From contig OZ234493.1 in assembly GCA_965153455.1 (NCBI GenBank), positions 36,632,213 through 36,696,212 of the forward strand: a stretch of DNA of 64,000 nucleotides, written 5' to 3'. The translations under genes and the position numbers were made by a program. The stretch comes from Sphagnum compactum (taxonomy: Eukaryota). The notes under the pieces were generated by a model. The model saw only the letters and a program-made list of their open reading frames with translations. It did not search any database and was not told the DNA's origin. This document shows, piece by piece, positions 39,160 through 53,251 of the stretch (positions within the stretch are counted from its first letter, which is position 1; the number at the start of each line of letters is the position of its first letter).

Positions 39160-39380
39160 CAAGTGTTGTTACAACATAGCAACTTAATATTGTTGTAACA
39201 TCGAAGCGTAATTAAATGTTGTTGCAAAATTGGAGCGCAAAAGCGATGTTGAAGCAGTGCTGCAAAAGACGATGTTGTAAAGGTGGTGTTGAAGCGGTGT
39301 TGCAAAAGACGATGTTGCAAAAGACGGTGCTGCAGAAGATTTGTTGAAGTGGTGCTGCAAAAAACGCTGCTCCAAAAGAT
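39160..39380. repeat. Short degenerate tandem repeat (TGTTGCAAAAGACG-like)
   Basis: Repeated ATGTTG(C/T)AAAA and GGTGCTGCA units. Confidence 0.65.
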
Positions 39381-39514
39381 AACATGTGCATCTGTGGCAA
39401 GTAAGTTTACATTAGCCCTTTTTTTTTTCTTTGTTTTTTTTTATTCATGTCCCCTTCCAGAGAAAACGATTACAAGTGCTGCACTCGTTTTCAATTTCTA
39501 TTGTTCTTAGGGTA

Positions 39515-41170
39515 GAAGCTGATGACGAATGCAACATTCATTGTCGTCCTGTTCTTCTTATGAAACCAGGGCAGAAAACAACGATGAACGCGCCTCATTG
39601 TTGTCTTTTGTTTGTTTTCCTTGCATTGTAGAAGACAATGACGAGCCTCCCCATTCATCGTCGTTTTCTGCAACTCAAGAAAAAAAAAAAACACAGAAAA
39701 CTAAAAGAAGACGATGAGCTTTTCGGCTCGTCATTGTCCTCTTCAACCCAAGAAAAAAACCTTGATGTTGGTTTTTCTTGGGTTGCAAGAAACAACAATG
39801 AGCCTCCCAACTTGTCATTGTCTCTTAACTTTTTTTCTTCAATTGTAGGAAACGATGACGAGTTGGGAGGCTTGTCGTTGTCTTCTACGATTAAAGAAAA
39901 ACAATCAAGGATGACGACAAGTTGGGATCCCAACTCGTCATCGTCTTTTAGTGTTTTTTTCCCTTAGTTGCGGAAGATGATGACAAGCCGGGATCCCGGC
40001 TCGTTGTCATCCTTTGTAGTTTTTTCTTTAGCTGCAGAAGACAACAACAACCCTCCCGACTCGTTGTCGTCTTCTGCATTTTTTTCAGTTGTAAAAAACG
40101 ACAACAAGCCGAGAGGCTCATCAGCATTTCTTGGTTTTATTCCTTAGTTATAGACAATGACGACATGCTAGGATCCCAGCTCGTTGTTGTCCTTGGTGTT
40201 TTGTTTTTAATTGCAGAAAATGACAACAAGCCTCTTGGCTCATTATCGTTTGCTACATTTTTTTCCTCAGTTGCAGAAGACGATGACAAATCGAAAGGCT
40301 CGTCATCGTCTCTTGGTTTTTTTCTCAAGTGCAGAAAATGACGACGAGTCGAGATCCCGGCTCATCGTCATTCTTGGATTTTTGCTTGAGTTGCAAAAGA
40401 CGACAACAAGCCTCCCAACTTGTTATCGTTTTCTACATTTTTTTCTTTAGGTGCAAAAGACAATAACGAGTCGGGAGGCTCGTTGTCATCTCCTGGTTTT
40501 TTTCCCTCAAGTGCATACGACAACGACAAGCTAGGAACCCAGCTTGTCGTTGTCCTTAGTTTTATTTTTTGCATTTATTTTTAGTTGTAGAAGACAACAA
40601 CGAGCTAAGATGCTCATCGTTGTCATTTCTTGGTTTTTTCTTCAAGTGTAGAAGTTGACAATGAGCCTTATGGCCCGTCATCATCTCTTTATTTTTTTCT
40701 CAAGTGTAGAATATGACAACGAACTAGGAGGCTTGTCATCATTTCTTAGTTTTTTTCTCAAGTGCAGAAGACGACGACGAGCTTCTTAACTCATTGTCAT
40801 CTCTTGGTTTTTTCTTCAAATGCAGAAAATGACGACGAGTTGGGGGGCTCACGGCTTGTTGTCATCTCTTGGTTTTTTTTCTCAAGTGCAGAAGATGCCA
40901 ACGAGTTGGGAGGTTCATTGTCATCTCTTGATTTTTTTCCTCAAGTGCAAAAGACGACGACGAGCCGAGATCTAGGCTCATCGTCATGTTTTGTTGTTTT
41001 GCTTCAGTTGAAGAAGATGACAACGTTGCGACTTGTTGTCATTTTCTACATTTTGTTTTAGTTGTAGAAGACGATGAGGAGTCGTGAGGCTCATCATCAT
41101 CTCTTGGTTTTTTTCATGTAGTGCAAAAGATGATGACGAGCCTCTCGACTCCTCGTTGTCTTTTGCTTTT
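39515..41170. repeat. Minisatellite of ~55-60-bp palindromic units (roughly 25-30 copies)
   Basis: Units GAAGACGACGACGAGCC-N-GGCTCGTCGTCATC separated by T- or A-tracts; several centred on GGGATCCC. Confidence 0.85.
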
Positions 41171-42287
41171 TTTTTTAGTTGTACACAAACGCACCACGTG
41201 TCATGCCCGTATTTAATGTAATTATTAATAAATTTTCAATTATAAAAATTAATTTACATGAATTCATGTAAATAATTAGTCAATATAACCAAATAATTAT
41301 AATAAAAATTAATTTAATAATATAACTTATGATTTATATTAATTCAATTCGATTATAATGAAAAATATAATTATAATACTTAAATTTTATAATTAGATTA
41401 TATTAATTATTGTAATGAAAAATAAAACTTCCAAAGTATAGGGCTTTTAAGCCTTTAAATATAATGAACAATATTTATTATTATTGATATCAAGAACATT
41501 TAAATTTGCAATTCTTTTTATTTCAAGTTGTTGTTTTTGTATAAAAAAGTTGTAACAAGTTGGAAAAAATAAGTTATTATACCTTTTTATACGTTGTTTG
41601 CAATTGTTTGTTTAAGGGAGCTTGAAGTTCTTGGGTAGTGATGGCAATCGTTATTGTTGGGGAAATTCAAGCTTTTGTTTTTCTTTTTTGGATTGATTGT
41701 TGTTTAAGGATTTGAGTGCTTTTGCTGTAGGATGGCACGTCCTTGAAGGAAACTTAAACTCCAAGGAAAGGTGACTGCTGATAATCAACAAGTTAATGTT
41801 GTAGCAAATGAAGAGGAAATTGAAGTGGAACAAATAATTATCATCTACACTCCTACTTTTGAAGGTAAACCTTAATCCCACTCCTATTCTTGAAAGTAAA
41901 TTTGTTGTGATGGATGATACATTTCACATGATAGGGTTGAAAAGAATGTAATGCAACACATTACAAATAAAAAATCTTAATCCAAACCCTAAACCCCATT
42001 TTCATTCTCTATTTGAGAATGGGGATGGGGTTTTTTTATGCCCAATTTTTTCCAAGCAATATCCTCATTGTTTGAAGGTTTTAATTGCTAGCCTATTTGC
42101 AATGCTTTCCTTGTATTTAATGTTTATTTGCTAGTTTGTAATACCTTCATATTTTTAGAGTTCTCTTGCTAGTTTATTTGCAATACCTTCATATTGTGTA
42201 CGGTTTTCTTACTAGTCTGTTTGCAATACTTTCATCATTCTTAAGGATTACTTGCTGATTTGATTTTGAATGTTATTCTTGTAAGGG

Positions 42288-44949
42288 TGTGAGGAATTAT
42301 TGCACACCTTCACCACTAAGATATGCACTCACAATAAAAACCCAGTTGGAAGTGGAACTACTATGTAGTGTAGTCTAACAAGTAAGGTGGTTCGAGGTAA
42401 GTAATGAAATTCACCAAAAATCTAATGCGTTGTGTCCAAATTGAAGCTATAAAACATCGTGAGGGAATTGTAACTCACCATGATGGAATATTGAGGAGCC
42501 GTATGTTGATGTTCATTTCAATGTCATGTTCGATGGTTTGAAACCTTCCATTCCGTTTGTCATAACAACTACATACAACATCCTAATCTAACATGCATTG
42601 GAGTTGGAAGCTAATATAAAAGGAGCCATGTTTAAACAAATCTCATAAGTTTTTATTTTATGTTTTTGATCAAGAGTTAAGCCTCGGAGCTAGGAGCCAC
42701 TCGCCTAGTTTGAGGAAAAAATAGATAATTCAACCCCCTCTACTTCCAACTAATGTAGCTCCCTTATAGAAAGCCCGATCAAGCTGAATTTTTAGGAAGG
42801 GCCTTCTACAACTTCTAAGCTAAAACTAATTCAAATTTGACACAAATCCAACGGTGGATTTGAGAGAAATAACTAATTGAACCCAAAGTCCAGAGGCTTT
42901 GCCATGAAAATCATTCCATGAACCCCACTACAACCCCCTCTACTTCCAACCCACGTAGCTCCCTTACAAAAAGCCCGATCAAGCTGAATTTTTGGGAGGG
43001 CCTTCTACACCTTCTAAGCTAAACCTAATTCAAATTTGACACAAATCCAACGGTAGATTTGAGAGAAACAACTAATTGAACCAAAAGTCCAGAGGTTTTG
43101 CCACAAGCACTTGCTACACAAGTTCCTTTCATGCTTAATCCTTACACACACACTTCCCATGAGCACCTCTCCACACATAAGAACTAAAAAACAATCTTCC
43201 TCACACTCATCCTCCTTCCTTTTTTTCTTTTTTTTTTCACATACACAAGAAGTCCTATCTTTTGCAAGCCTCCATGACCTTCCTTGAGCTTGTTCCCCTT
43301 GTCCTATAAAAGCTTCGAAATCCTTTTGCACCAATCAATGGCCTCCTCATCCTTCAAGGGCCAATGAGAATTTGAGAATGAATTGTCATCCAATTGAAAT
43401 TAGGATGAGAATCCTTGGGCCCAATGAAACACAAGAGATATTCCATCCTCCAATCAAAGAGGATGACAATCCTCATGACTAATGGGATTGGAGGATCCAA
43501 CCTCCCCCTTATCTTGGATATCTTGATGAGGTCTCTTGAGCTTGATCCTTATCTTTTCCATCCGTTGACCCTCACATCCTATTTCTTCATCCTAATTATT
43601 TCAAGTAACTAACTACTAGGATAATTTATCGGTAGTAACAAGGAAGAGTCCTTGAGTTCTTACTTGATTAATTCAATGGTTGAAGTAACATTTCCGTGTA
43701 ACATTTACTCCTTTGATATTTTCTACCTATTTATTTTACTATGCACTAATTAACTATGTAGTACATAGTAAATTGGAATTACAATTTGCATCACCAAAAA
43801 AAAAACTCTCACATACTTCTAGATCCACCGTTGAATTTAAGGTTTGATGAATCCCTTAGATTTAGGGTGTTCGAGTTTTCATGAGGTTTCGCTGTCACTC
43901 CCACACTTTATGCCTACCCTAATTTGTTAAATAAAAAGGCCTCGACCCCTTTTGAACGCAAGTACCACCTTGTTTGTACTACCTTCTTGGTTTTTGTTGA
44001 TGCAGGTGCAACTAGTCATGGCGGACGATGACGCTACGCCTTCAAATCCTCCAGTCGCACCCGTATAACAAAAAGAGCTTGAAGAAGCACCGCTCGACTT
44101 GAATGTTTCTCAACGGCCGCGCGAAGAAAAACCGCCCAGGAGAGTGGTGCGCACTCGAGTCGATCGTTCGGTATGGGATCGTCGATTGTCTCCTAACCCA
44201 CATGCTTTAGCAATTTATTTAGAGTTTGTTCCTGCTCGTGGAGCCGCGCCAGAAAGGTTTGAAGAGTGCCAGTGCAAAGATGATGATGTCCGTCTCCATT
44301 GTCGAACGTGGGTTCCCGGTGATGGCCATTATCGTTGGCTACGAAGCCCGACCAACCCACTTCCCCTGGAGCATCGAGCCGAGTACCTCGCTCGCACCAT
44401 TCGCCGCATCCTAGATTTTTTACAAGTGTGATCTATCCTTTAAGTCAGTTATTTAGTTGTAATTCACCTTAGGCTACTCAGGCGAAAATGTTAATACTTA
44501 AGCTTGATTTTGATTGTATTTAAGAATCTGATAGAGTGAGAACTAAATAAAGATGTAATAGGACTGCATCCTAAAATCTTAAAAGTACATCATTAGTGCT
44601 TGAAGGTCATTCTATAGACTAACTTAACATTGTCATGGTGAAATGTTATTGTTAATTATGGGCTTGTATTCCCAATATATCAATAAATCCCATCTAATTT
44701 TACATCCCTTTTCCCTTCTCCACAACATAAAAAAGGACAATGCACTTTTAAAGGTTTACTAGGTCCTAAACTAATTAAGCGTTACATCAACTGAAATAAA
44801 GAGTATTCTATGCCTAGAAATATCACAAAAGCTAATTCAACTATTAATAATCACTACTTGAAGGTTTATAAGCATTCAAATCATTAGTACTAAGGAAATT
44901 TAAGGAACTAAAGTTTAACTATTTGTTGAGCTATAATCCATGGCTCACA
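42288..44949 (+). mobile_element. Solo LTR B, copy 2 (2662 bp)
   Basis: TGTGAG...CTCACA termini; perfect TSD AAGGG (42283-42287, 44950-44954); two 200-bp units at 42731 and 42931. Confidence 0.9.
44018..44431 (+). pseudogene. LTR B-embedded small ORF, copy 2 (137 codons, one internal stop at 44066)
   Basis: ATG at 44018 after an acceptor-like TTTTTGTTGATGCAG; ends EYLARTIRRILDFLQV*. Confidence 0.7.
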
Positions 44950-46650
44950 AAGGGCTCCAGTGGCTTCACATGAAATTGATCAATTAAAAGTACCACCAAA
45001 TCATGCAATGGAAGATGTAGATTGGGTGCACAAAGGGTCAAGGTAGAGGTGCAAAATCAATGGATGCATCCATGTTTATGTGGTTAAATGGTTATTTCAT
45101 TAGCATTTGGACAACAAACACGGGCTTTGCATGGAGGTAGGCAAATATGGTCGTCCTTCTACTCATGTTGGGGGACTAAGGCAACAAAATCACCATGTTA
45201 TGAACGTTCAAATTTTGAGCAACCCACATGCAAGATAAAAGCAGAATGAAAATAAAGTTCTTGATAGAGTGAAGAAGAAAGCGGAGTTAGAATGGGATGA
45301 ACTCTTAGCCCAAGCGCAACAAATGGAACATGTTGAATGGCCTTTGTTGGTACGTTTAGCCTTCGAGATCTTGTTGGGCATCATTGGGATTCCAGCATGG
45401 GAGGTCATGTGTTGTTGCTACTGAGAAAGTTAGTTCATTCCAAATGACAAAAAACCATGCATGTTAATTGCTATTATGGTTCTAGAAATTGCGTATGAGG
45501 GAGAGTATACGGGAGGAGGGAAACACATTGATGGGGCACACACACACCTGATCTTTAACTTGAACTCTTGCCATCCCTTACTGTTGTTCTAAAATGTCAT
45601 CATTTGTGGTAAATTCTTACACAAGAAGCTTTCAACTAACACTTTTTCTATCTCTTATGATGATGACAAAGTAATGTGTAATGCTTCACATAAGAGGTCT
45701 GGAAACCTGAACCTTACATGCCTTCCACTTTCATACACACACTGCAAGCCCACAAACAAATCTAACTATGTGTTTAAGTTCACAAGATAAATCTAGCGCA
45801 GATAAATATGCAAGATAAGAGCCAAGTTGCCACTCTTGTGACATTGGGGATTTTGCTATCATGTTCAGAAAAAAATGTTGAATCACGTGTCAGCATTAAT
45901 TCAAAACCCTAAACCCTAAACATGAAACCCTAAACTAATTTTCAAAAATTCAAACATGACAGACATTTGGGTATAATTGTCTAGTAAAAAACCTGATTCT
46001 TGATCTTGATTTCGATAATATTAGTTGCAAGTTAGTCGATCACAAAGAAGGAACTCTGGTCATCAGGAGGTACACATTTGTATGGCCATGCTCCATATAT
46101 GTTGTTGTTATCTAAGGGCCCAAAACCTGGCAACCACATGTTTGCTTATATAGACAATACCATCCTCCTCCTCTGTAGATCTATCATTCTCTCCCTTAAA
46201 CCTTCAAACCAAACACCTTAAACCCTAAGCATACACATTAATGCAAATGATTAGATTTGTTATCTCTTCATAGATGGCAAGTTTTTTGCAAGCTACAAGA
46301 GTTTAGTTGGCAAAGTTGCACATTGACTTTCCAACTCCACATGTGCACAATTTTGATGAATTGTGTTACCACCCATATAATGATTAACGCCACCATTCAC
46401 AGCATATATTATGTAATTGTCCAATTATGTTTACATCCTTAAAATTCAACAAGAGATGTAGAGGATGGTCTAATGATACCTAGCCAAGGATGTTTGGTGG
46501 GAATGACAGACTACCTAATTGTACAACACTTTAGAAGTTGTTCACTCGAGAAGTTAAAGGGTTCATTGCAAAAATGCTCCATACAAACCACCTACAGACA
46601 TAACCACAAAGAATTATTAATAATTTATTCACTTTTTAGAAGAAGCAAAA

Positions 46651-47830
46651 AGTAAAGAATGCCACTTGTACACATACTTTTAAATTAGTATATCATTTGT
46701 CAAAAAGGTTACAATGTTAACCAACATAAGACATGACTAAGGGTTCAATGGAAGTTACTTGATAGTATCGAGTAATTTGGTTATATGTCTTGATGGGCAT
46801 GTCTATTAGGCTTGCATCTTTGCATCAGTGATTTAGGAACCTTGAGATGTTACCAAAATATCTTCCATCCAAACATAAAGCTTGATCATTACTGATAGTA
46901 ATTTCAAAAGCCCGATTTGCATCTAAATGCATTGCATAGGGATATGCACATTCACCATTACGCATAAAACCTTGAATTCGTTGCATTGACTCTGCATTTG
47001 TGAGAACCTCACTAACAAACTCAAATACAAAAGCATTAATTGGAAGGTCTTCCAGTGTTTTGATCCCCCAACCCTTCTCTTTGGAAATCCAAAAGACCTT
47101 GAAATCATATCAACACATTAAGTAAAATCTAGACGATACACCAACATTAAACATAGAGGTGAAAGTCAAAATTTTTAAAATTATAGAAAACTATCTAAAG
47201 TCATTCATACCTTTAGACAATGATGTGTCCCTTGTTGTACAATTCAATTGCCATAATTTATGTTGCAATTACAGTGCTATTGGCACTCAATGAAATCTCG
47301 CACAATATGGCCTTCACAGTGTTTGACACCTCGACAATTTGTAACCATGATACAATTTCCCCATGGACAAAAGTTGATGTCTTCTACTATAGCCAACCCC
47401 ATGCACTGAAGTAACGCACATAACAATGGTTTCAGTACATAAATTCTTATACACTAGTGACCTTTCCAACACACTTAAGCTGTTACACATTAGGTTCAAA
47501 TAATTAGTAATCTCAAAATACATATTAAACAACTTGGACTACCTTATCAATGTAGCATTTTTTGAACAATCCATTTTGAGTATATGCACACTCCCCACCA
47601 CCATATTGAGCACAATTACAATTGTTGGGCATTTTGACACAATTGTGTCGATAGTCCGAACAAGAGCCTTTTGCAGAAAAATGTGAAATGTCACACCCAT
47701 TCCCCACATTATGATGGAAAATATTTTTCAAGATGTATGTGAAAGGACAAGGTGGAGCATGTTTCCTAGATTGGTTGAAATAGGGATAGGAACACACTCT
47801 AATCCCCCACTCAAATCCCTAGGGTAATCT
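46651..47830 (-). pseudogene. SUVR1/2/4-type pre-SET/SET histone-lysine methyltransferase pseudogene with introns
   Basis: DLSGGLECVPIP; CNCAQYGGGECAYTQNGL; CEGHIVRDFIEC; intron 47098-47210; exon 46759-47097 reads VFWISKEKGWGIKTLEDLPINAFVFEFVSEVLTNAE...ALCLDGRYFGNISRFLNH*CKDA...RYYQ; then VAFFT at 46651-46665. Confidence 0.85.
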
Positions 47831-48055
47831 TGCCAAGACCTTTGGCTATCTGAATTTAAACTTTGTAACCACGTGCTTATAGGTCAGACTTTGTGTAAAT
47901 GAAGACCTCCACAATAATGATCAAGTACACTATCAAAAACTTACAACAAAACAATATAGGATATAAAAGTTATGATCACAAAGTTCAATGGCAATCTATT
48001 ATTACATCAAGTCCCAACTTTTGACAATTATAAAAAAATTAGAAAATGTTGGACA

Positions 48056-49437
48056 TTACAAGTTTGGCAACTCCAATGTTATACCATCTAGGCATAACTC
48101 ATTGCTAATGGTGAAAAAACCTTTGTTTTTTGGTGGTACTAATGGAGTGTAACTACCAAAATGTGCAATCCAATAAGGAGATTGCAACACATTGTGCACC
48201 AAAACTTGACTACAAAATATTTTTGGTATATCTGAATACATCCATTAAGCTATATGTGCTATAGCATTACAACTTACAAGTGTAGAGTCGTAGCAATCAA
48301 GAGTGTGAACTTGTGGTAAGAGAATACTCAAAAATGCCACAACACATTTTACATTATTATCAAGATATTTGATAACAAATGTATCAAGGACAACCACCAA
48401 TATGCCATGAAGAACTATGCATTACAATAATATCCTTCACCTCTAAATTACCCATTTGCACTATTTGGTGCTCCACAACTTTTGCCTTCTTCTTCCCCTT
48501 CTTTGCTACAGATGTCAATTCATAGTCATTTGTTGGACCTCGAACCCATGTCTTCACATTTGCCTTTGTGGTCACCACTGCATCTACACCTTTCCCCTTT
48601 GATTTTCGACCATGCTTTTGCTTCCCAATTCCTTTCCCCATGTCATGCATCTCAATAGTGACCTTTTGGGTCTCAACAACACTAACATTCTCTTGAGTCC
48701 CCATAGTAATCCTTTGTTGTATGTAGGTTTGCTTTGTAATGGTTTGCTCAATCCCAGGGAAAGACTATTTCTTTCCATCTGTGTTGCTTGTATGAATACT
48801 AGTTAGTTCAAAAGGGTCGGTCTTTGTTGGCATTTTTACACTGGCTTCACCCTTCCCATTCCCTTCTTGAAAGGCATCAATGGTTTTGGGTTTCAAGAGG
48901 ACGTGGCATTATTGTGGCTAGACTATTTTCCACAACTTTCTAGACATCAATTTTCTGGTGGGAGCTTGTTGTTTCTCCTACATCCTCTTTTTCAGAACTA
49001 TCACTCTCGTTGCTTGAAGAGACATCATTAATCCGTAACACCTCTAACACATTTGATTTGCATGCCCTACTAGGAAGGCAATGCTTTGGACAAAGGTTTA
49101 TGAAAACCTTTACACAAATATTTTTTGAAAATATTGCATTCATTATGAATAATGGACTTTTGAAATTAAAAATATGAATCAATCTTGGTGGTACAAAAAG
49201 GCTTAGGTGCCCCAAGCATTTGTTCATTGGAGCAAAAACTTTCATGAAAGCTGCCACGAGAGGAGATGCATTTTTGATTTGCGCTCTTTCTTCACCAAAT
49301 GTTGAATCACGTCCACATGAAATTCCTTCCCAATACATAAATTCAAGGAGTGTTTGAAAAGAAAAATGCAAACACCTTGCCCAAACATTAACCATATGAT
49401 TGCGCCATTGATCTTGTGGAAGAAACACAACCTCCAT
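48056..49437 (-). pseudogene. Degenerate coding sequence upstream of the SET domain on the same strand; possibly its N-terminal part
   Basis: Series of broken ORFs including an acidic and a Lys-rich segment; no recognisable domain. Confidence 0.3.
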
Positions 49438-49505
49438 TCGAACTTAGGGTGAATGCACATTACAATGGTATATTTGGGGCAAAAAAATGTAATGTTTATT
49501 GGAGT

Positions 49506-50392
49506 TGTTGTAACCCTAGCCTTGGGCTCACAACCAAAGCAAAGGCTTGCAAAGGTGCGGGGGAAGAGTGAAGCCCGGGAGTCACATTTTATGTTCCCAG
49601 GAGTGTAGGAGAGTGTGAGGGAATGAACCCTCACACTTCCAAGTGAGCTCCCACTTTGGGAGTTGGAGTCCCAATGGACTTCTAAGTATTCAGAAGGCAA
49701 TTTTAGGGGCTAAAACTCATTGGATTGAAAAGTTCCCTATACCACTGGAAAGATTTTGGAATGTAGATGTTTAAAATGGGTTTGCATGACCCATTTGGGT
49801 ACTTAAAACATACGTTATGGCCAAAAGATGGGTCAAGAGTCAAACTACCAATTTGACTCCCAACCACTAAAAATCAAAAATTGCCCTGACTTCCTTGTGT
49901 GCAGGTGGCGTGCCATATATTGTTGGAAAGCTTTTGATGAGGGCTACAACTTTGCTGTAGACCTCACCTCAATCAAAGGTCTGCACACAAAGTTATGGGC
50001 CTCCAAAGTCACGAGAGTCCCAATTTTGGGAATTTTGGGACTCCCAACTTGGGAGTCTCGGGACAAAATGACATTTGGGTACAGGCCCCATGGCTAGGCA
50101 TAGAGAATACTATAAAGGGGAAGGTGGTGGCTTCCCCCAAGTCTGGGCCTTGGTGAGTCTTGTGAGTTCGTGTTTGCTCGTGACTCATCCGTGCACCAAA
50201 AGTGTTCCAACTATACACTAACCAACTTGTGTTTGGTTTGTGCAAGTCCATGTGAATAATTGATTCGCTTGTCATTCATCTTAGTCCCCATCCCAGAGCT
50301 CCAACATGCCCCTCCACCCCAACTCTTTATCCTTCTGTTATTTTCACCTTGGACTCGCAGTTGAATCTATCAAGGAGTTTAAAGGTGCATCA
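49506..50392. mobile_element. Solo LTR (887 bp) related to LTR A/C, opposite orientation
   Basis: TGTTGTAACC...GTGCATCA termini; perfect TSD GGAGT (49501-49505, 50393-50397). Confidence 0.9.
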
Positions 50393-53251
50393 GGAGTACA
50401 CACTATATAATTTTCACAGGGTAAAGTTAGCCACCTACTTTTCCCACTAATGTGAAGTCAAAATAGGGTTTTTAAATCCATCAATTTCAATACAAACTAT
50501 GTTGTTGCATTCACGTTTTCAATTAATGGACATGGGAAGGGGATAACATCCATTACTTATTATTAACAATTATCAATCGACTAATTGTGATTTGCAACCA
50601 CCTTAATTGGTTAGCAACATCAACGGACATCATGAGAATGTGTTCAGTGTGTTGAAACAACCTTTATGAAACATTTTGAAATCGAACGTGAGCTTGGAAG
50701 CATACAAGGGGCATGAACTTGGAAACATCCAGGGAACATGAGCTTGGAAGCATCTCGAAGCAATGGAAAACACACCATATGCAATAGTAGCAGGAGGTTG
50801 GTAAACCCCAATTATTGCACCTCAAAAAAGTGTTTGGTACATTTTTCCATGATTTGAAGGCTTGTGCTTAACCTACATTTTAAGCAAGTAAGCTTATGTG
50901 ATCTCTAACAAGCTTGTATAGTAGGCATGAGTGCTTGAACGACTTTCTGAAATCTATGTCATTTTTTGAAGTTTTATTTGAAAATGTATTTTTTTTTTAG
51001 TGAAAACATTAGTGACAGTATGGATTAGCAATTTTTGTCAATCACAAGCAACTTCTACCGCGACATCTTTACATAAAAATTTCGTTTCTTGATCAATTCT
51101 TGAAAAGTATGTTGTTAAGGTTTGTTGGAATTAATAACTAAAATGTTAGGTTTTATTTTGCAACAACAATCACTAAGTTATGTTGTTGCAACTCTTCCCA
51201 TGGGCTGTAGTTGAAGCATCATCAATTTTCTAGAAGGTCAAACTTATAAAACCCCTAATAAATCAATGATGGTTTATTTTGCAACAATGATCACAAAATT
51301 TTGTTGTTGCAACTCTTCCCATGGGTTGTAGTTGATCATCTTACTCTAAACTCAAGAGGATCTACTAAGTTCATGATATTGTCAATCATATAATTTTTAA
51401 CAAGCCATGTTCACCATCAATTATTTCACTTGTTCTGAACCATAATTAACAAATTCAAGTACTTGTTAACCTAGGCATTCATCTAAAATGCATCTATTTA
51501 TTAACCATGTGAGCAAAATTAAACTTTTATATCAGAGCTACAATGACCATGAAAGGATCTTTTGGGTAGGTTGTTACTCTTATCCCTAATGTTCACCCAA
51601 AAAGAAAGTAGTACTTACAAAACTTCTAGGATAGAAACTTCAAACATGTTGCCTGAAGCTCAATTCTTTCTATTTATCTTGTATTTTTTAAAAGGTTGAC
51701 CTTAGAAAACCCCCAAGAAATTAGTGATGGTTGTAATTGTAGCAATTTGGAAGCAAGATGCTTCCAAGCTCATTTTCCTAGGTTAACATGTATCTTGATT
51801 TTAACCTAAAAAAAATTGGGAATGTAATGTTAGTGCTACATAGTGGAAAGAAAGACAAGTTCTTTTTAAGAACAGAAAAATAGGTGCAATTAATTGTATC
51901 TAAGTTCAATTCGATGAGCATTAGTTTTGGTAGCATGTTGTTAAGCATTAAAACTACAACTTCTCTAAAAGCATAAAAAAATTTACCAAGTTTTCACATT
52001 TTGCTATGATTAAATTTTGATGATGTTAATTAAATTTTAGTAATCTAATAATTTAATGAATGTTATTGGCTTTGGGTGCAGGTGTAAATGTTATGAACTA
52101 TAGAACCACTCCATGAACTTGTGTTTTCAATATAAATTTAGGTCTTATGCATCCATTCTAATAGGAACATTGATAAAGATTGAAAAACTAGAAGTTTAAA
52201 GTCTTTAGCCATTTGTTTAAGTGATTGTCAATAGTCCACATATATGCCTTGATGATATTGAATTTAATTTGTTGCAGTCTAACTCTCTTTTAAATTCAAG
52301 GGCTATTTCATGATCCATGTGCTTAAATAAGAAAAGTATATTATGACAATTGTTTTTTTTTGTTAATAGAATCCCTTCAACAAAGCTTGAATTAAAAGGA
52401 ATTGGGTCAAGCAACTTACATAACATTACTTTTGACCTCTCCAAGTTGGTCAGTACTTTTGTACCAATGAAACGAATTGTCAAGTATGTCGCTTGGTTGC
52501 CTTGTTGTAAATTTCATTTAGTTGCAAGATTTCAAACTTTCATATGGATGAATCCATCTATGACAAGGAGTGACAGGGAGTGGTGGATTTGTGCTACTTA
52601 ACATTGAACTAGCACAAGGAAATTGCAAAGGCTACTCACAAATCTTCACACAAAAACCAAGACTCCAACCCAAATATGATATGAAGATTTTTCACCTTAA
52701 TAATTTAGTTGTAGAGTTATCCTTATCATGTTTTGAATACATTTCAATCACATGTGTGATTGGTCCATGGACCCAAATTGTACTAAGATTTTATGTGAAT
52801 AAATGAACTATTTATCATGAAGCAAATTCTGAAACCTAATGTATAAAACCAATGTTGTTATCAATGAATAATTAAAATTAATTAGTGGTAAATAAAATTA
52901 TGTATTATCTACAAAGTTGGACATCTGATGAGTGAATGATATTGTAGGATATCAGAATAGGAAAAGTTATGCCCTTGATTAAAAAATTTGAAACTTTGCA
53001 ACATTAAAAAATCATGAATGAAGATTTTGCATGTGGGATTTTTCTTTTTTGAATGAGTAACCAAAGGCTGGTCATGTGTGTTATACACAATTTCACAACT
53101 ACAAAGGATATGTAAGTATGTATTATAAATGGCATAATGCATAATTTGAAAGAAATAAAAGTTGTATTTTCTGGGGCTTTGTTTCTAGTGTGTTTTCATC
53201 ATGAAGAGAAGGTGAAACAAGGATCAACCTCCTAGTGAGGATGATACAGAT

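Noticed and set aside
39105-41061. Many overlapping 60-110 aa ORFs
   Set aside because: Artefacts of tandem repeats.
39515-41170. CRISPR array
   Set aside because: Repeats are degenerate, the linkers are homologous A/T-tracts and not unique spacers, there are no cas genes, and the context is eukaryotic.
1526-44949. One giant TIR transposon bounded by 2.7-kb inverted repeats
   Set aside because: Each repeat has TG...CA ends and its own 5-bp TSD, so they are two separate solo LTRs.
48300-48470. BAH domain upstream of the SET domain
   Set aside because: Only a loose resemblance (LEVKDIIVM...P*YIC); needs an HMM test.
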